Shown here: piece by piece, positions 10,442 to 23,637 of the stretch
Position numbering within the stretch: the first letter of the stretch is position 1
Layout: each line of letters begins with the position of its first letter
Assembly: GCA_003693705.1 (NCBI GenBank)
Contig: RBZT01000102.1
Span: forward strand, 1 to 62,405
Length of the DNA: 62,405 bases
Direction: 5' to 3'
DNA from: Polymyxa betae A26-41
Taxonomy: Eukaryota > Protista > Endomyxa: Phytomyxea
Position numbers and translations under genes: made by a program
Notes under the pieces: generated by a model
Database searches by the model: none
What the model saw: the letters and a program-made list of their open reading frames with translations, nothing else
Told to the model about the DNA's origin: nothing

Positions 10442-12479
10442 GTATGGATGGTGACCATTTATGAACGTTTCTCCCTTCTGAGTTTATTCATTCTATTAAT
10501 TTCTTCCAACATTTGTTACTTGCTTCCAATGGTCATTGCTCTGTTCCTTTTGCGCGGGTCGCTGCTGTTTGAGCTGAGCGTGCCCGAGCTGTCGCTCGTG
10601 GTGCTGTAGCTGCTGGGCCGGCTGGAGCGGATGACAATACTGCTGTTCTTTCTAGTGCTGATGCAGCTGGGGCGGCCAGACTCTGTATTGGTACAGCTGC
10701 TGTTTTTGCCAAACTAATCTTCGATCTTTTGCTTTCGGTGTTTCGTTCTAACAAACGTAATAAACGCGAAAAGTAATCTTTGTTTACTATAATTCCAAAT
10801 TCATGCCCCATCCTAATAGCGAATTGGTTTTCATGTCAAAGTCTGCAATGGTTCGCGAATATTTGTGAACAAAGCCAGCGATCCCACGCAATTCGATGTG
10901 CAAAATTCTGAGTTAACTTGCGAAATGGCCGTGAAAATTCGCAGGTCCAAAAACGATGGGAAACCCAAATCCAGCAGTTCCGGTGGTAAAGTCAGATTTC
11001 ATGCACCATTTGGGGGTAATAATATCGGTAATTATTGGTTTAATGCTCTTTTCTAAGTGAGCAATCAGAACGTTGCCAAAACGCTAATCGAGGCGCGCGC
11101 TTGACTATGAGCATGGCGGTAGGGTCCTCGCCTTTGACCGAGAAGCTCGCATCGCTGAACAAGAAATGAACAGGCTGTCGATGGTCTGGGACCATGACTC
11201 CAAGCTGCCTTTGGCTTTGATTAAAGGCAGCCGAGCGGAGATCTCTGGCAGATTCAAGAATCTGATGCGACCCGAAAGTAAAAATCTGTTCAAATTGATA
11301 TGGATGCAATATCGGATCTCCAGAACTATTAGAGACGTCTGCAAAGTAGGCAAATCATATGTTAAGTTGCAAAAAGATACATTACGGACATGGAGAAATG
11401 CGCAGGAAAACCTGCTGCGCGGGGCCTCCTAACGTATCTTTGCCCAAAAGACAAAATGGCCTAAAAGATACGTTCGTATGATTTTAGAAAGATACTTTAG
11501 AGCGCCACCTCTTACAAGACAAAAGAGACAAGATTAAATCTTTATTAAAAGTTTAGCTTATAACACATCTCTGTAAGATTGTCGGACCCGTCATTCGTCA
11601 AGTAAACCCAGGCTGGTTGTAGAAAATTGAGCATGGCCCGGAACCAATCCGCTTTAGAAAGTCGTTAACAGGGCGACGTTTATGACGCTATAATCGCATC
11701 TAGGAGATCGGGCAGTTTATTGTCCTCGATCTCCAGTAAATCTAACACCAGGGAGCAGGTTTGTGCGTGATTTTCACGAGTGGCTGCAATCAACGATAGG
11801 ACCTAACGACAGCCACATCGTCGTTGCTCTCTATTGGTCAGATGTGTCGGACTGGGGATCACGAGGATCAGCCATCGCAGCTGTGTTTTCACACGAACAG
11901 CCCAGACTGGAAGACGACGAGAAGCGGAAGCGACCTGGTGTCATGATTCACTACCTAGGTTCAGCTTCCGAGCCTCCTCATGAGTCATCTACCATCAATT
12001 NNACTCAAGTATCGTGACTCACAACTTTGAACCTTTGCTTTCTCTGTTTATCGAAATACAATCATTCTCGAATCTATTCGATTCTTATTATTTCTTGTTC
12101 GCCTGCTTCTTCGTATCCTCAAACCTGGAGTCGCAGTCCGAAGAGCGCAGAGTCAGAAAACCAACGTACCGTTTATCGTATGTTTTTATCAAAAGACTTT
12201 ACGGACGTTTCAGTGCCTGAACGTATGTTTTGAAAAATGCGCCAAAATCATACGTTGACTTGTGGACGCCTCTATTCAATCCGTACATATCATCTGTGGC
12301 AACGAACGGGTTGCCTTAATCGATCCCGGAAGTCTAGCTACGCAATGGTTCGTCGAAGTATAGCAAAAAAGAAAGAATGAATGTATTTTCAAAAGAAAGA
12401 CAAGATCGAACAAAGGTTGTATGACGAAACTTTTGGGTCAAGATGAGAATCGATTGTCCGCTCCGTTTTTTGAGAATGA

Positions 12480-13013
12480 CTTTAAAGCGTTCCATGCCTT
12501 CCTTGGCGTGCTCCTCTTGTTGACCAATACGTACGTACTGACGTGACACCAGAGATGCAATTATCACCGAGAAAACCTTGTTCTGTGTAGCCATGTTGGC
12601 GATATCCTCTTTGTGTGTGTTCACCAGGTCGTATCCGATCAGGTGCGCTGTAAACCCGAACTCGAACGCGCCCCAATTCTTTCATTCAGCGTCTCCCCGG
12701 TAAACGCTCGGATGGCGCCTGATCCCATAACCTGAGGTGATGTGGTAGATTGTGTGATGCTGAGGCTCCAGCCGGATCGCTGATCCGCTCCCGTGCTGTT
12801 CGCCTCGCTGTCGCTCATGATCTCTACGATCGAGATACTAACGTTTAGGGCAAAGTAGCCAAGTGATGTTTTATATATATTCAGGACGCAGGACATGTTG
12901 GGCTGCAAGCCCACGTGGCCAGTTGTCAGCTGCCAGCTCCAAAGTTCGATGAAAGGTCACTGGGACCCCCGGCGCAGCCCGCTGTAGTTCCCAGGGTCAG
13001 CGTCACTCTAACA
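12480..13013 (-). mobile_element. Truncated Copia: 5' LTR (12733-13013), PBS and gag start
   Basis: Minus strand TGTTAGAG...CCTCA with TATATA box, then GGTTATGGGATCAG (PBS), then gag-like NWGAFEFGFTAHLIGYDLVN...VFSVIIASL. Confidence 0.7.
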
Positions 13014-13329
13014 AGAATGTGGTTGGAAGCAATAATTTAACAAACTGTCGTTGTTGCATTCATCCAAGCGGAAACCAAATATCCATGTTTTTCGGGCTGA
13101 ATCCACCCCTAGAGGAATACCTGGGAACAAATCAAGAGCAAATGTATTAATTTACTCTTGCCGACCCATAATGTGCCTATTCAGCATCTCCATCCGGCTG
13201 TACTTGCGTTTACTCTCTTCCGCTTGGAGCGGATCCTCCAATCGCGATACGCTACTAAATTGACACACACGAATTACAGCTCGTTATCAACTCTGATCGA
13301 TCCAGCTCGAATCCCAGGACCCAAATCCA

Positions 13330-13355
13330 NNNNNNNNNNNNNNNNNNNNNNNNNN
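13330..13355. other. Assembly gap (further gaps at 12001-12002 and 17302-17331)
   Basis: Runs of N. Confidence 1.
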
Positions 13356-13413
13356 GTGCGCAGTTCGTCAAACTGCGTACGCTGGTTTTTTGGGAATTCA
13401 GAATTTTATATTA

Positions 13414-14220
13414 TTATTTAAATAAATCTGATACACGGTCTTCGCTTCCAGATTCAGTGTGAAGCTCTGTTTCAACCTGTTGAAATTTGAGACGGTCCTT
13501 ATCAAGCTCGAATTCTTCTTGTTTAACCAAAGCGCCTTCGTTGGAGCTGCTCAATTCAGAAATTACTGATTTGATGGCGTCGAAAACCTGAACTTTCTTT
13601 TTTTTGCAAACTTGCGTTTGGGGCGGGGTTTTTGTCTTCACGGACCCCATCTGTGTCTCCATTGGGTTGATCATCATCCTTATCGTCGTTGTCGTCGTCT
13701 ACGGTGACTGTCCCCATTGATTGGTGCTGCAGTATTAGTCCAGAATGCTCAATTGCTTTAGCCGTCTGCGTATCTATAGATTTGACTGTTGTTTTTAGGG
13801 TTATAGTCCGTCTCCGGGGTCAGAATGTCTTGAAGAAGCTGATCTCTCTGTCTGTACTCGGCTGCGGTCCCCGACTGAAGTAAGGCTGCTTTGTTGTTGG
13901 ATTGGAACTGACTATAGATCCTGTCGAATCTGGTTTTGCATCCTTTCCTATCTTTTTTAACACCGAATCCTATCGTATTTTGCTATTTGTCAGCAATTTT
14001 TTGCCAGATTTCCGTGATTCCGCGTTCAGTCCTCCATGGAGCAAAACGGTTGAGGGCCAGCAGCAGCAGAATGTCGTCCGAGCTGTTAGAGATTCCACGA
14101 GAAGGTGCCCCTGGTTTTGCGATTTGTTGCCGAGATTACAGCCTCTTCCTGAGGAGAATTATAATCCTATGCAGAGCTCTCTCTGGATGGCAACTCGTCA
14201 ACGGATAGATCGGAATACAT
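13414..14220 (-). pseudogene. Probable Harbinger-type accessory protein remnant
   Basis: Fragmented ORFs with acidic linker and coiled-coil end (KQEEFELDKDRLKFQQ), like the other accessory genes here. Adjacent to an assembly gap. Confidence 0.35.
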
Positions 14221-14298
14221 GATTTGAATACACGATTTGAATTTTGTTGCGTTGCTGTTGCATTGAATAATGCAAGTCTCTACAGCGGAAGCCCTTTA

Positions 14299-16309
14299 GC
14301 TGTCGTTCTGCTGAAATATCTTTTCATTGAAAGTGTGACGTGCGAAGTTGGAAGAAAAATCTGCGTCTAGCAAAAGGCCGCTCAACCTGAACCAGCTATC
14401 GAATTTCAACTTCGGCGCAACCTTTCGATATTTTCTGGAGCTCCTGTGACCGGTTGCGAATTTGAAATTGGACGATGAAATTGCGTCCCGAAAGTTCTCT
14501 AATGGCAGCCAAATGTGTGTAAATGTGGCAGAAGGAAGAAGTACTGTACCGTACTGTTTGCAGGGACAATGTCGATCGCCATCCGAGACCTTTTTAACTG
14601 GTTGACAGCGAAGGCAGGTTGAACCCAAGAAGGACTACGATTGAAAAAGATTAGACCACACTTTTCAAATTCAAACACCCCGCAACGCATATAGGTCTTA
14701 GCAACATATGACATTTTACGAGAATTGGCTATCATAAGCGCAGCACCAGGTAACGGTTTCAAAATCAAAGGAGTAACTTTGACAGAGGGATCCGAACATC
14801 GAGAAATACGAAATAGATCGATAAATTTCAATAATAGAGAGAACACATTTCAAAAGGCTAAAAATTTCCATGATGGTTCAAACCCATTATCGAAAGAATG
14901 GGTACAGTGTCCTCCCAGACCGATATGATTTAGCAGATGCTGGGTTTGCCTTGACTTCCTATATGATTTCTCCTTATTGGCAAACGAGATATAGCCATAG
15001 GTAAGAATCACATGCCGAGATGAGCATTCAATTGCGTCATTAGGCCACCGAATTACAAGGAGCTTTTCAGTTTGCGGCACGCTTCGCTGAGGAACGTTAT
15101 CGAAAGAATTTTTGGGTTTTAAAGATACGATTTCCTGTTCTTACCTGCCCTGTTCGATACAGTATTGAATTTCAAGCTGACCTGGTTATAGCCCTGTGCG
15201 TTGTGCACAAGGTTTATCGCATGAATGGGGGCGCTAATGACCCCATTGAACAGCAAACTAATCATATTCTTGACAAAGGATATGTCAGTGACGAAACTGG
15301 CCCGGCTCCAGGTCCAGATTTGCCATCGTCCCAAGAGAGCACTAAGATTCGCGAATCCATTGCTCTTGAGATGTGGAACGATTATCAAATCTACCTCAGC
15401 AAGAAAAGAGACCAGCGACGCGCAGTGAATAAGAACCAACAGTGTAGTGCAACATGGTATTGATCTGGCGAAAGGCTCAGCCATTGCAAACGGTGTTCTG
15501 CTTTTAGCAAAACAAAAACTTTGGATTCTGTCAAATATTTCAGGATTCTGATCGTTCCAATTAGGTTTTCTACTCTTACAAGTGCTGGATACCGCTGCCG
15601 CTCCTGTTGCAGTTCGGTTTCTGAGCAGGCAGTCGAGCTGTGCGAAATGTTTGAATGGTCCTTCAAATCATCCACGCCTAAATGGCATTGTTTTTAAAGA
15701 GTTGTTTGTCAGCCTACATTGAAAAATCCATTCCATGCTTTTTGATTTGAAATTTCTGTGGTATTAATTTCATAGTTCCATCTCCATCCTGATTTGATTT
15801 TGAGCAAAGCATACAAATTATATTTATTTCTCAGCTAACCAAATAGTAATATGATCCAGCTTTAGTAACCAGAATTTCCCCCTTAACGGTTGCGATCCTT
15901 ATGCGTTTTAACATCGCGGGTATGCCATTGTCCTCAGCCTTTGCATCTACACTGTTCCAGGCCTCAGGTTAAACCCATTTTGGGCCCGCTTGCCCAATCC
16001 ACCCGCTTTGTAAATAAGATTGGTCAGCATGATGGTAACAGGATCGCTCACATCTTGACCCGTTCACCCACAAATGACAAGACAGCTGCAGCAAGGTACT
16101 AGATCTGAATTCCGGTTTTCATTTCATATATTCCGCAGCTTTTACCTGCGGAAAAATATCTTCGGAATTCCTGCGGTTGCATTGGAATTCTTTTTTTCGC
16201 AAAACGGTATGGCATCCCAAACGTTGAAAACTGCGGAATCTCGGAAATTCCGGCCATACCGGAGTTTCTCTCGGAATTCCGGGGTTTTCCTGTGGTGGCA
16301 AACGACCCC
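14299..16309. mobile_element. PIF-type Harbinger transposon, degraded
   Basis: Right TIR GCAAACGACCCC followed by TAA (16298-16312) and a degenerate left TIR after TTA near 14299. Plus-strand transposase ~14480-15463 (LADAGF; P.NYKELFSLRHASLRNVIERIFG.LK.RFP). Minus-strand Myb-like ORF ~15500-16050 (PEAWNSV; KIKSGWRWN). Confidence 0.75.
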
Positions 16310-16929
16310 TAATTCGAAGCGTTTTTTGCACCCTGGTCCATCCTTTTTGATGACGTTCCCGACAAAAATTCGCCAGGTTTTCGCGATAAAATCCCACGCC
16401 GTCATCACCCTACAATACAAAGCGTCCCAAGGTCTGACGTCGTTGACATTACGAAGTAGAAGGACATCATGCCAATCCGACAAACGTTCATGGGTCGGCT
16501 CACCCCCTTGGGCGATCGTTTTGCTCGTCCTGAACGAGTAGCTTTCAGGTACTGCGAAGAAGTCTTCCGAGGCGAGTGTTGCAGCTTGGATTTTTACCTG
16601 AGATTTGCAATTCCGTTTCCGATGCGTGCATTATGTCTAAGGTGACTAGAACGCAGTTCAGAGAAACCCATTTAAGTCTTCATATCCTTCGGAGCCTGTA
16701 TATAGTGATTTTTGTCAGTTACCAGTTGTAGGCTTCAGTGGTAGGAGATACTTTTCACATACTTTAACGATCATACAAAGTTGTTGCTGGTCTATTTACT
16801 ATAACAAAAATTGGAAATATATCGATAAGACTTCCAATATGACCGAGAGAAATGCCGATGATGCTAAAGTTTCTGCAATCAGATAACGGTGGTTAATACA
16901 CATCACGTGATGAAAAAACATTCTATAGA

Positions 16930-19000
16930 CCACACCCAATTCACCGTCGGACAATAATAACTGGAGATTCAGAGTGAAACGGTGCACCAGAATGGGTAAA
17001 CAGAACAATAATGGAGACATCAGATGCTGTTCCTATTCAAGACAAGGAAGCAAATCATCTTCTGAGTCGACGGCCACACAGTGAATTTGATGACAAGGTT
17101 GCCCCATACGAAGCGTGGAATCTTAAAAAACCGAATCCCAAAGAAACGTTTGGTTTTCGGGTGTGAATTGTTTGTGTTTGTTGAACCCTACTGAGGCAAG
17201 TAAAGTCGAGCAGACTGTTAGAAAGAGTGAATGTATTACCAGCTTCGTTGGATTTATATAGAAAATAATATTATCACATGATCATATACCTAAGAACTCC
17301 GNNNNNNNNNNNNNNNNNNNNNNNNNNNNNNCGTCAGCCTGTCGTGGGTGGTAGTTGCATCCAGTGCCGTGCGGCCATGCTTGACTGTAGCATAGGAACA
17401 ATACTGGAGCCTGTCGCGGATTCCAATGTTGGCGTCAAGTCTGACATGCTTGAGGCCAAGGAAACCTCGCAAACCAAGGCTTCTTTCGTGAGCACATAGG
17501 GCTGTGTTTAACGGTTATGTAAGCAACAAAAAACCTGTTTCTGGGACACAGAATCTCAAATTAAAAAGAGTAGCCGAAACTCCATATTCGATGAAATCTC
17601 TGCTGAAATTCGAGGACCTATTGGCGATGAAGAGTCTGGATGATCCACAGAGTCCGTATGGAGAAGTCTGGTACGAAGATCATGTTCCAGTAACCAGATA
17701 TATTCAGATCTCTAAATAAACAATTTACTATTGAAGCTGAAAAATGCCGTGTCTTGTATGAAAGATATTTAGGTACCTAAGCCTCCATTCCAATCAATCC
17801 GAGCCCCAAAACGTGGTCTGGATTCAACAACCTTGTTGACAGATACGATCGAGACAGTCGCGTGCCTCGTGCACCTGCCTTGTTATCAATAATACAACTT
17901 TCACTTCTTGTTTTATCTTATACTCTGACCTGTAGGTTGAGCCCCGAATAGGTTACGGGCCCAGATTACGTGCATACTCGATATCAGGATCGATCAGCTC
18001 TGCGTCCACCAAGTTCACCTCCGAATATCTGAATGGGAGCAATTGGTCTTTATGGTCATGGGAGTTCAAGAAAGGAGTCCAAGAAGCCAACTGTTTCGAT
18101 ATCTTTTCCGGAACCGAATTGAAGCCAGCCCCGTCATCGGATGATCCCAAAGCTCGCGGAATCAAGGATTGGGCCATAAACTTGCACAGGCATTACATCT
18201 GATGTCAAAATGCGTGTACACGGAGATGAAGCAAAAAATAATGGGACAGAATACGGTTAAGGCGGCATCGGACGCTTTGGAGAGCCAATTTATGGCTAAG
18301 TCAGGCCACGAGCGGTTCCGCCGTCGGCACAAGCACTTCCAGATGCGGCCGGGATAATACAAATCCATGAATGCCTTCCTGGATGCAGTTAGGCAGAATC
18401 AGCCCCACATCCTTGCTGTTAAAGGGAGCTGTTCTATACGTTGTCCATGCTGGCCTACCAGATTGTTATGATTATGCCAGTCGACATAAGCCAGCGGAAC
18501 ATGGACCTCGAGACGGTGGTATCGTATCTAGGTTCCGAAGCCGCCGCCAAGAATCTGAAGTCGCGTGAAGTCAAAGGCAAGTCTGGCAAAGGATCCGGTG
18601 CAAGCCACGATCCAGCATCGTAGCGAAAAGCAATCGGAATTCGTAAATTCCAAAAAAGGGACTCAGTAACGGCAAAACTAAAGGCGAAGTAAAATGTTTT
18701 TGATGTCTGGAGAAGGGTCATTTGGTTAAAACTGCGCAGCTCCAGCGCCTAGGAAGGACAGTCACAAACCATGGCCGCTTTTTTCGGAGACGATCAAGGT
18801 CATCAATCTACGGTATCTCAGTTCCGGATCCAAACCGCTCAATACCCTAGAAGGGATGCCTCTACTGGAGACGATGATGCGCCGACTCCACACTCTACAC
18901 GGCGGCCGACAAGCCGACAAAAGGCGCCCGATTTATTTTATGGATGCAAATAGAAATCATGAAATCTAATACATCAAGACCGCTCTTGACAAAACCATGC
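16930..19000 (+). mobile_element. Copia debris from at least two copies (integrase, RT start, PBS, gag)
   Basis: NGAPEWVNRTIME and PYEAWNLKKP (integrase); DDPQSPYGEVW; PBS GGTTACGGGCCCAG at 17951-17964; gag KIMGQNTVKAASDALESQF. Spans an N gap. Confidence 0.7.
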
Positions 19001-19419
19001 CGACAATCGCATTGCTTTGACGCGAAGGGCTCTACCAATTAGAAGAGCTGACCGCCAACAACAGCTCCTTTCCCACATATCCGACAATTGGCCATTGGAC
19101 ATTCACACCAAGCAAAGGGAAGCGTCCCAAATAGAAATATTAATCGGTGTATTTGCAACAATTGGGCATGCAAACTTCAAAGGATTATGCAGCACACAAT
19201 TACCTGCGATGCAGACGTCCACACAGCAAGTAAAAGTAATAATTTATGTTTTCGTTACAGCCTTCTTGATGAGTTGCTAGTTTTAGCCGTTGCCAAATGG
19301 TTTAAAAAACGCCATCAAAAACGTGGCGAAGACCCACATTCATGAATGCTATATTTGAGGCCGATAATTGGAGTGGTTGGAATCAATCACTGCTGTGGCC
19401 AGTAATGGATCATATTTGT

Positions 19420-20360
19420 CAGAGTGCGCCCTGGCATACTAAGAAAGTTTGTTGCTCTCATAACAATTTTACAATCCTTCATCAAAACAGTCATGCTGAC
19501 TGGGTCGGCAAATGGTAAGAAGCAAAGTCCAGAACATTCACATAATCATGATCGTACTGGAAAAACATGGATGTTATCAGCTGCTTTTGTTGAAGTTAAA
19601 AATTATTCCTTATAAATAGGATTAGAGGAGTGATCACGCAGAAGTTAGGACCCACATCCAGAGAGGCATCCAAGTCTCTGCCTGTTCTTCATTTCTCTGT
19701 ACATGGCCCCTTCACGCTCATGACAGCCTGCATCTCCCACATCACCTGCTACCAGGAACGAGCAATATGCGCATGCCGCCCCGTCTCGTCAGCCAATAAT
19801 CGCTCTTCGAGGGTTCGTCGTACCAGTATGAGTTCCAGGGGCCTATCATTGCCGGCGCTGCGTTTTTTGGAAAATGGAAAATTTGCAGTACAAGCTTACT
19901 GCAGCTCAGCTTGAGCTAGTGGAAATTGGTGTGATTGCAGATTGAAGAAGTTTGGGTTTGTCTCGCAGTGAAAACTTTCAGCCGAGCCGCTGTTGGTTCG
20001 ATGGTCAGGCTGTAGAAGAAAACACCGATGAAGCTTGTGCAAGCATTCACAAGGTCGTTTGTAGCTTTTTCTCGTTTGGAGGTTACGAATCGCTGACAAT
20101 TTTGCTGACGAAGGCACCCCATAATGTTTCGGTGATGAATGCTAATTCTATCTGTAAAAGTTCGCACATTCTTTCATTGTGTGATGAAGCTAATCAGCCT
20201 GCACATCATTTTACTAGAACTGGCAATCTTTGTTTGGAAGACTTCCCTTACACAGGCCCGAGAAATACCCTGTATTTAACACGGTTGGAGCCCAGGTCCA
20301 AACTTATTCAGGCGCCTGGCCTAATCCCGACAGTAACTCACAAGTGGAATCTGCCCTAAG
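19420..20360 (+). pseudogene. P-loop NTPase remnant (SF1-helicase-like)
   Basis: VMLTGSANG and TGKTWML are separated by an intron-like GTAAG segment and join into a Walker A. Later DEA-like motifs. Heavily degraded. Confidence 0.3.
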
Positions 20361-21949
20361 AGCATTTCTTCAAAATTTGATCATCGCTGTACACTTTACG
20401 GAATTTGTATTGATTTTCTCAGAGAACAATCGGCTTCAACTCCGAATCGTTTGGGGTGTCACCATCATGCTCATCATCTGCGGATTTGGCGGAAATGGAT
20501 CCCTACCGAATACATTATCTTTGAGAACGCCTTTAAACGCATTACGAAGAAGAAATATTTTATGGCGAATGGAGATACTCAGCTGAGTCCAACCGAGATG
20601 CTTATTCTTCGTGATTGTTGCATGAATCAACACAATCCGTATCACTTCATGGTCATTACCATAATCTTTCAGTCAGTCAAGCTGTTTATGCGCCATGGTG
20701 ACAGAGAGCATCTCGATTTCCAAGATTTCGAGGAGTCCTTCTTCGTGGTTAGCTTTTCCCTTTAAACCCGCTACGCTGTTTATTGTTGATAGGGAAAATC
20801 GAGAGCACGAATTGTGGTAGGCCTGTCCGTTGTTTCTTTTCGATATTTTTCTATAAATAGCACTTCTGGCAAACCTTGATTTGGGTTACGGTTTTTTGAA
20901 CCTTTACCAACTTAGCAAAACCAAAACATCGTTCAAAGATTAGCTGTTAGGGTCGGTGGCAAAACAGAACAGCGGAATGTCACTAAAACCTCTCTTCACC
21001 ATCGCGATAATGGCGTCCCAGAGTTCGACGTGAAATCACATCTGTTCGTGCACATAGGATCAAATCGGCATAATAGCGGATTCCTGTTTCATTGTCAACG
21101 TAGATTCGATTCCGGCCGAAACGATGAGCATTTGAGACCGACACTGTTTTCCAATGCCTTTGTGAACGCTTGCGTCATCGTCGTGGCTCATTTGGTCATC
21201 ATTGTGCCGGAAAACTTCGTACCTATTCGCCATGTGGTATGGCGCGAATTTACTGGAAACCATGAAAGCGGCACGGCCTGTCGCACCGATCAACGATTCC
21301 CGTTATTATAGAGATGCTGGAAGCGTGATTAACGTGATCAAAGCAGCCACGCCATAGACAAACCACTGTATCAACAATTGAAGTCGTTTTTAACTTAACT
21401 TACATGCTGGGATAATATCGTCCGTAGATTCCAACCGAAAAGGCAATCTGTGTTTCTGGAGAGCGGCCACGCGGTCCGAGGTAATCTAACCAGACTATCA
21501 AAACTTCCCGGTTTACGAAATCCGAAGCTTGGCCGTTATAGCCCGTGAATTTACAGAACGTCTAAGAATTCATCACTATTTTAGGAACGCCGACAATGCA
21601 CGAGATATCAACTATCTTCGTTTGTGTCAAACTGCTATTCACCGGAATGATGTTGTTGATTTCCATCAGGCTATCGCAATATTGTGCAGACAATGAGGGC
21701 AACTGTAAACCATGAGCTGGTATTAGAGCGTGAGAGTGCTGTGAATGTTATGATGAAGACGGTTCGGCAGTCAGCAAGGGTCACCGCATCTGCTGTAGCC
21801 AACATTGAAGCGGTTGAGAGTGCGTTTTCTCCACGATTCTGGACAAGGTGCTGTTACGGAATATCATACAGCGGACAGGCACAGCAATGCGGCTCTTCTT
21901 CCAATGGCAACTCGGAAGCAGCTGACTACCAACCAAATTTGGCGCGGAA

Positions 21950-23633
21950 CGTCGGAAGCAGGTTTTCCACGATTTTGATGTCGATTGATTTCGCTTAGGG
22001 ACAGAAATAACATGTGAGGAGAAGTTGCATTTTATGATATCCACGGCCTGCAATGCCAAATTATCGAACGACGGCTGTATGCAAATGCTTGTCGTAACCT
22101 CTAATCGCAGATTCTTCGACCTCTTGTGCTTGGCGTCGAAAAGCACTTTCAAGGCGACCAGATTGCGTTTTTGAAGGCTTCGATCGACGGCAATGAAATG
22201 CAAGCATCGCGCAGTTGGAAAACATATTTGCTCAGGCGGAGACGAGTGCCAAATGAGTCACAGCGACTCCTGTCACAATTCAATTGACTTGAATCACTCT
22301 AAGATGCAGTATCGCACTGTATCATCATGATAAGAGCAACACTCATCAACTCTAAAATACGCACATCTCTCTCGGTACCTATGGCCGAATCACGCGCTTC
22401 CCATGGCTCATCAGTCGCATCACCGGAGGCGTTGACCCCCACCCACACCCAGCTGAAAAGAACGGAACCCTGTCCTGGGCGGGTAGTACCAATATTGATA
22501 TTATCGAATGTCAAATACAGCAGATATTCCAATACCGTAGACTTAGTTGTATCTAACCTGAGATTCCGTTCTGGTCTCTGCTAGATGTTCGATGACACCC
22601 TGGCGGCCTAGTCTGTCTGTATCTGGGTGGTTTGATGCCCTGTCACAGTGGATGGAATGCAATAGCAACGAATCTGACTGTGTGACGAGTAGCGAAAACG
22701 TTTTTATCCATTTAAAATTAATCAAACCGTTAAAAGATGATTAATACCCAAATTAGCTTAGGAAAAACATCATCCAAAGAAGATAAATGTTTCTTAACCG
22801 CTCCTACGCGTCATCCTCTGCTAAAAAGGGATCCTGCCCGCACTATGCTGGCGTATTCGCTACCGTTCAGCGCTATTATGCTCTGCATTGTGCGAAAGCA
22901 ATCTCAATTGTTGAAATTTGCTCTTCACGGGTAACCGTGAATTTGGCACCAACAGGAACAGTACTAATTGCGTCCAACGGAGATCGTTTGTGTTTGAGGC
23001 AACCATTCAAAGCAACGTTGCCTACCTAATTTAATATAGTTAGGCAATACCATCCAAAACTGTTCGCTGGCATACCAGCAGTACTGATATCATAGGCTCA
23101 GAAATGAAGCGAACGAGGATTTTGCCCTTTGATATTGCGTTATGTTCAGAAATCCATTACTCCATGTCAGGTCCATAATGTGTGGCGGCTCTATCCCTTA
23201 TCAATCCAATAGCCATGTTAACTGCATATCACGTGATTTGCTCAATCCTTACCAAGCGTACGATCAGGGAACAGGGTTGCTAACCAATGCAGGAAAAGAA
23301 TTGTTATATTTTCTGGTCATCCAATGCGACTCCGTGCATACTACAACTCTCGTGCTATAGTGCACCCATTGCTTCATCAGAGTGCCTCTAACTTTGTCCG
23401 CTCCTCTAATGAAAGAGGGGTGCAACAAAGTCGGCTGCCACCGCAACGGTGTCCCCCGAATTTGGAATCAAGCGGCCGTGCTGGTCCTGCCACACGCTTA
23501 GACTTCTGAGGAACAAAACGGTCTCATGAAAGCGAATTAATGTTTCGTCCATTGCAATGAAGTGGTCTAGGTCCGCGTCCCTAAAGTCTTTCCTTCTTGC
23601 TGCTGATACTGCTATTGCGATCTCTCTTCAGGT
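21950..23633 (-). pseudogene. CRN/RHS-like NTPase + restriction-endonuclease-fold pseudogene
   Basis: RFHETV..L....HGRLI-QIRGTP...TLL (degenerate IRGTP.xGKTTL Walker A, ~23420-23570) and C-terminal P...FPT.DA...EVTT (~22090-22240). Confidence 0.4.
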
Positions 23634-23637
23634 TTAG

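Noticed and set aside
11579-12480. Possible additional LTR(s) and a TGGCAACGAACGGG PBS
   Set aside because: No partner LTR, TSD or coding domain could be established, and the region includes an N gap.
21220-21400. Possible stand-alone GCR1_C remnant (VWREF..G)
   Set aside because: Only a few residues match across frameshifts.
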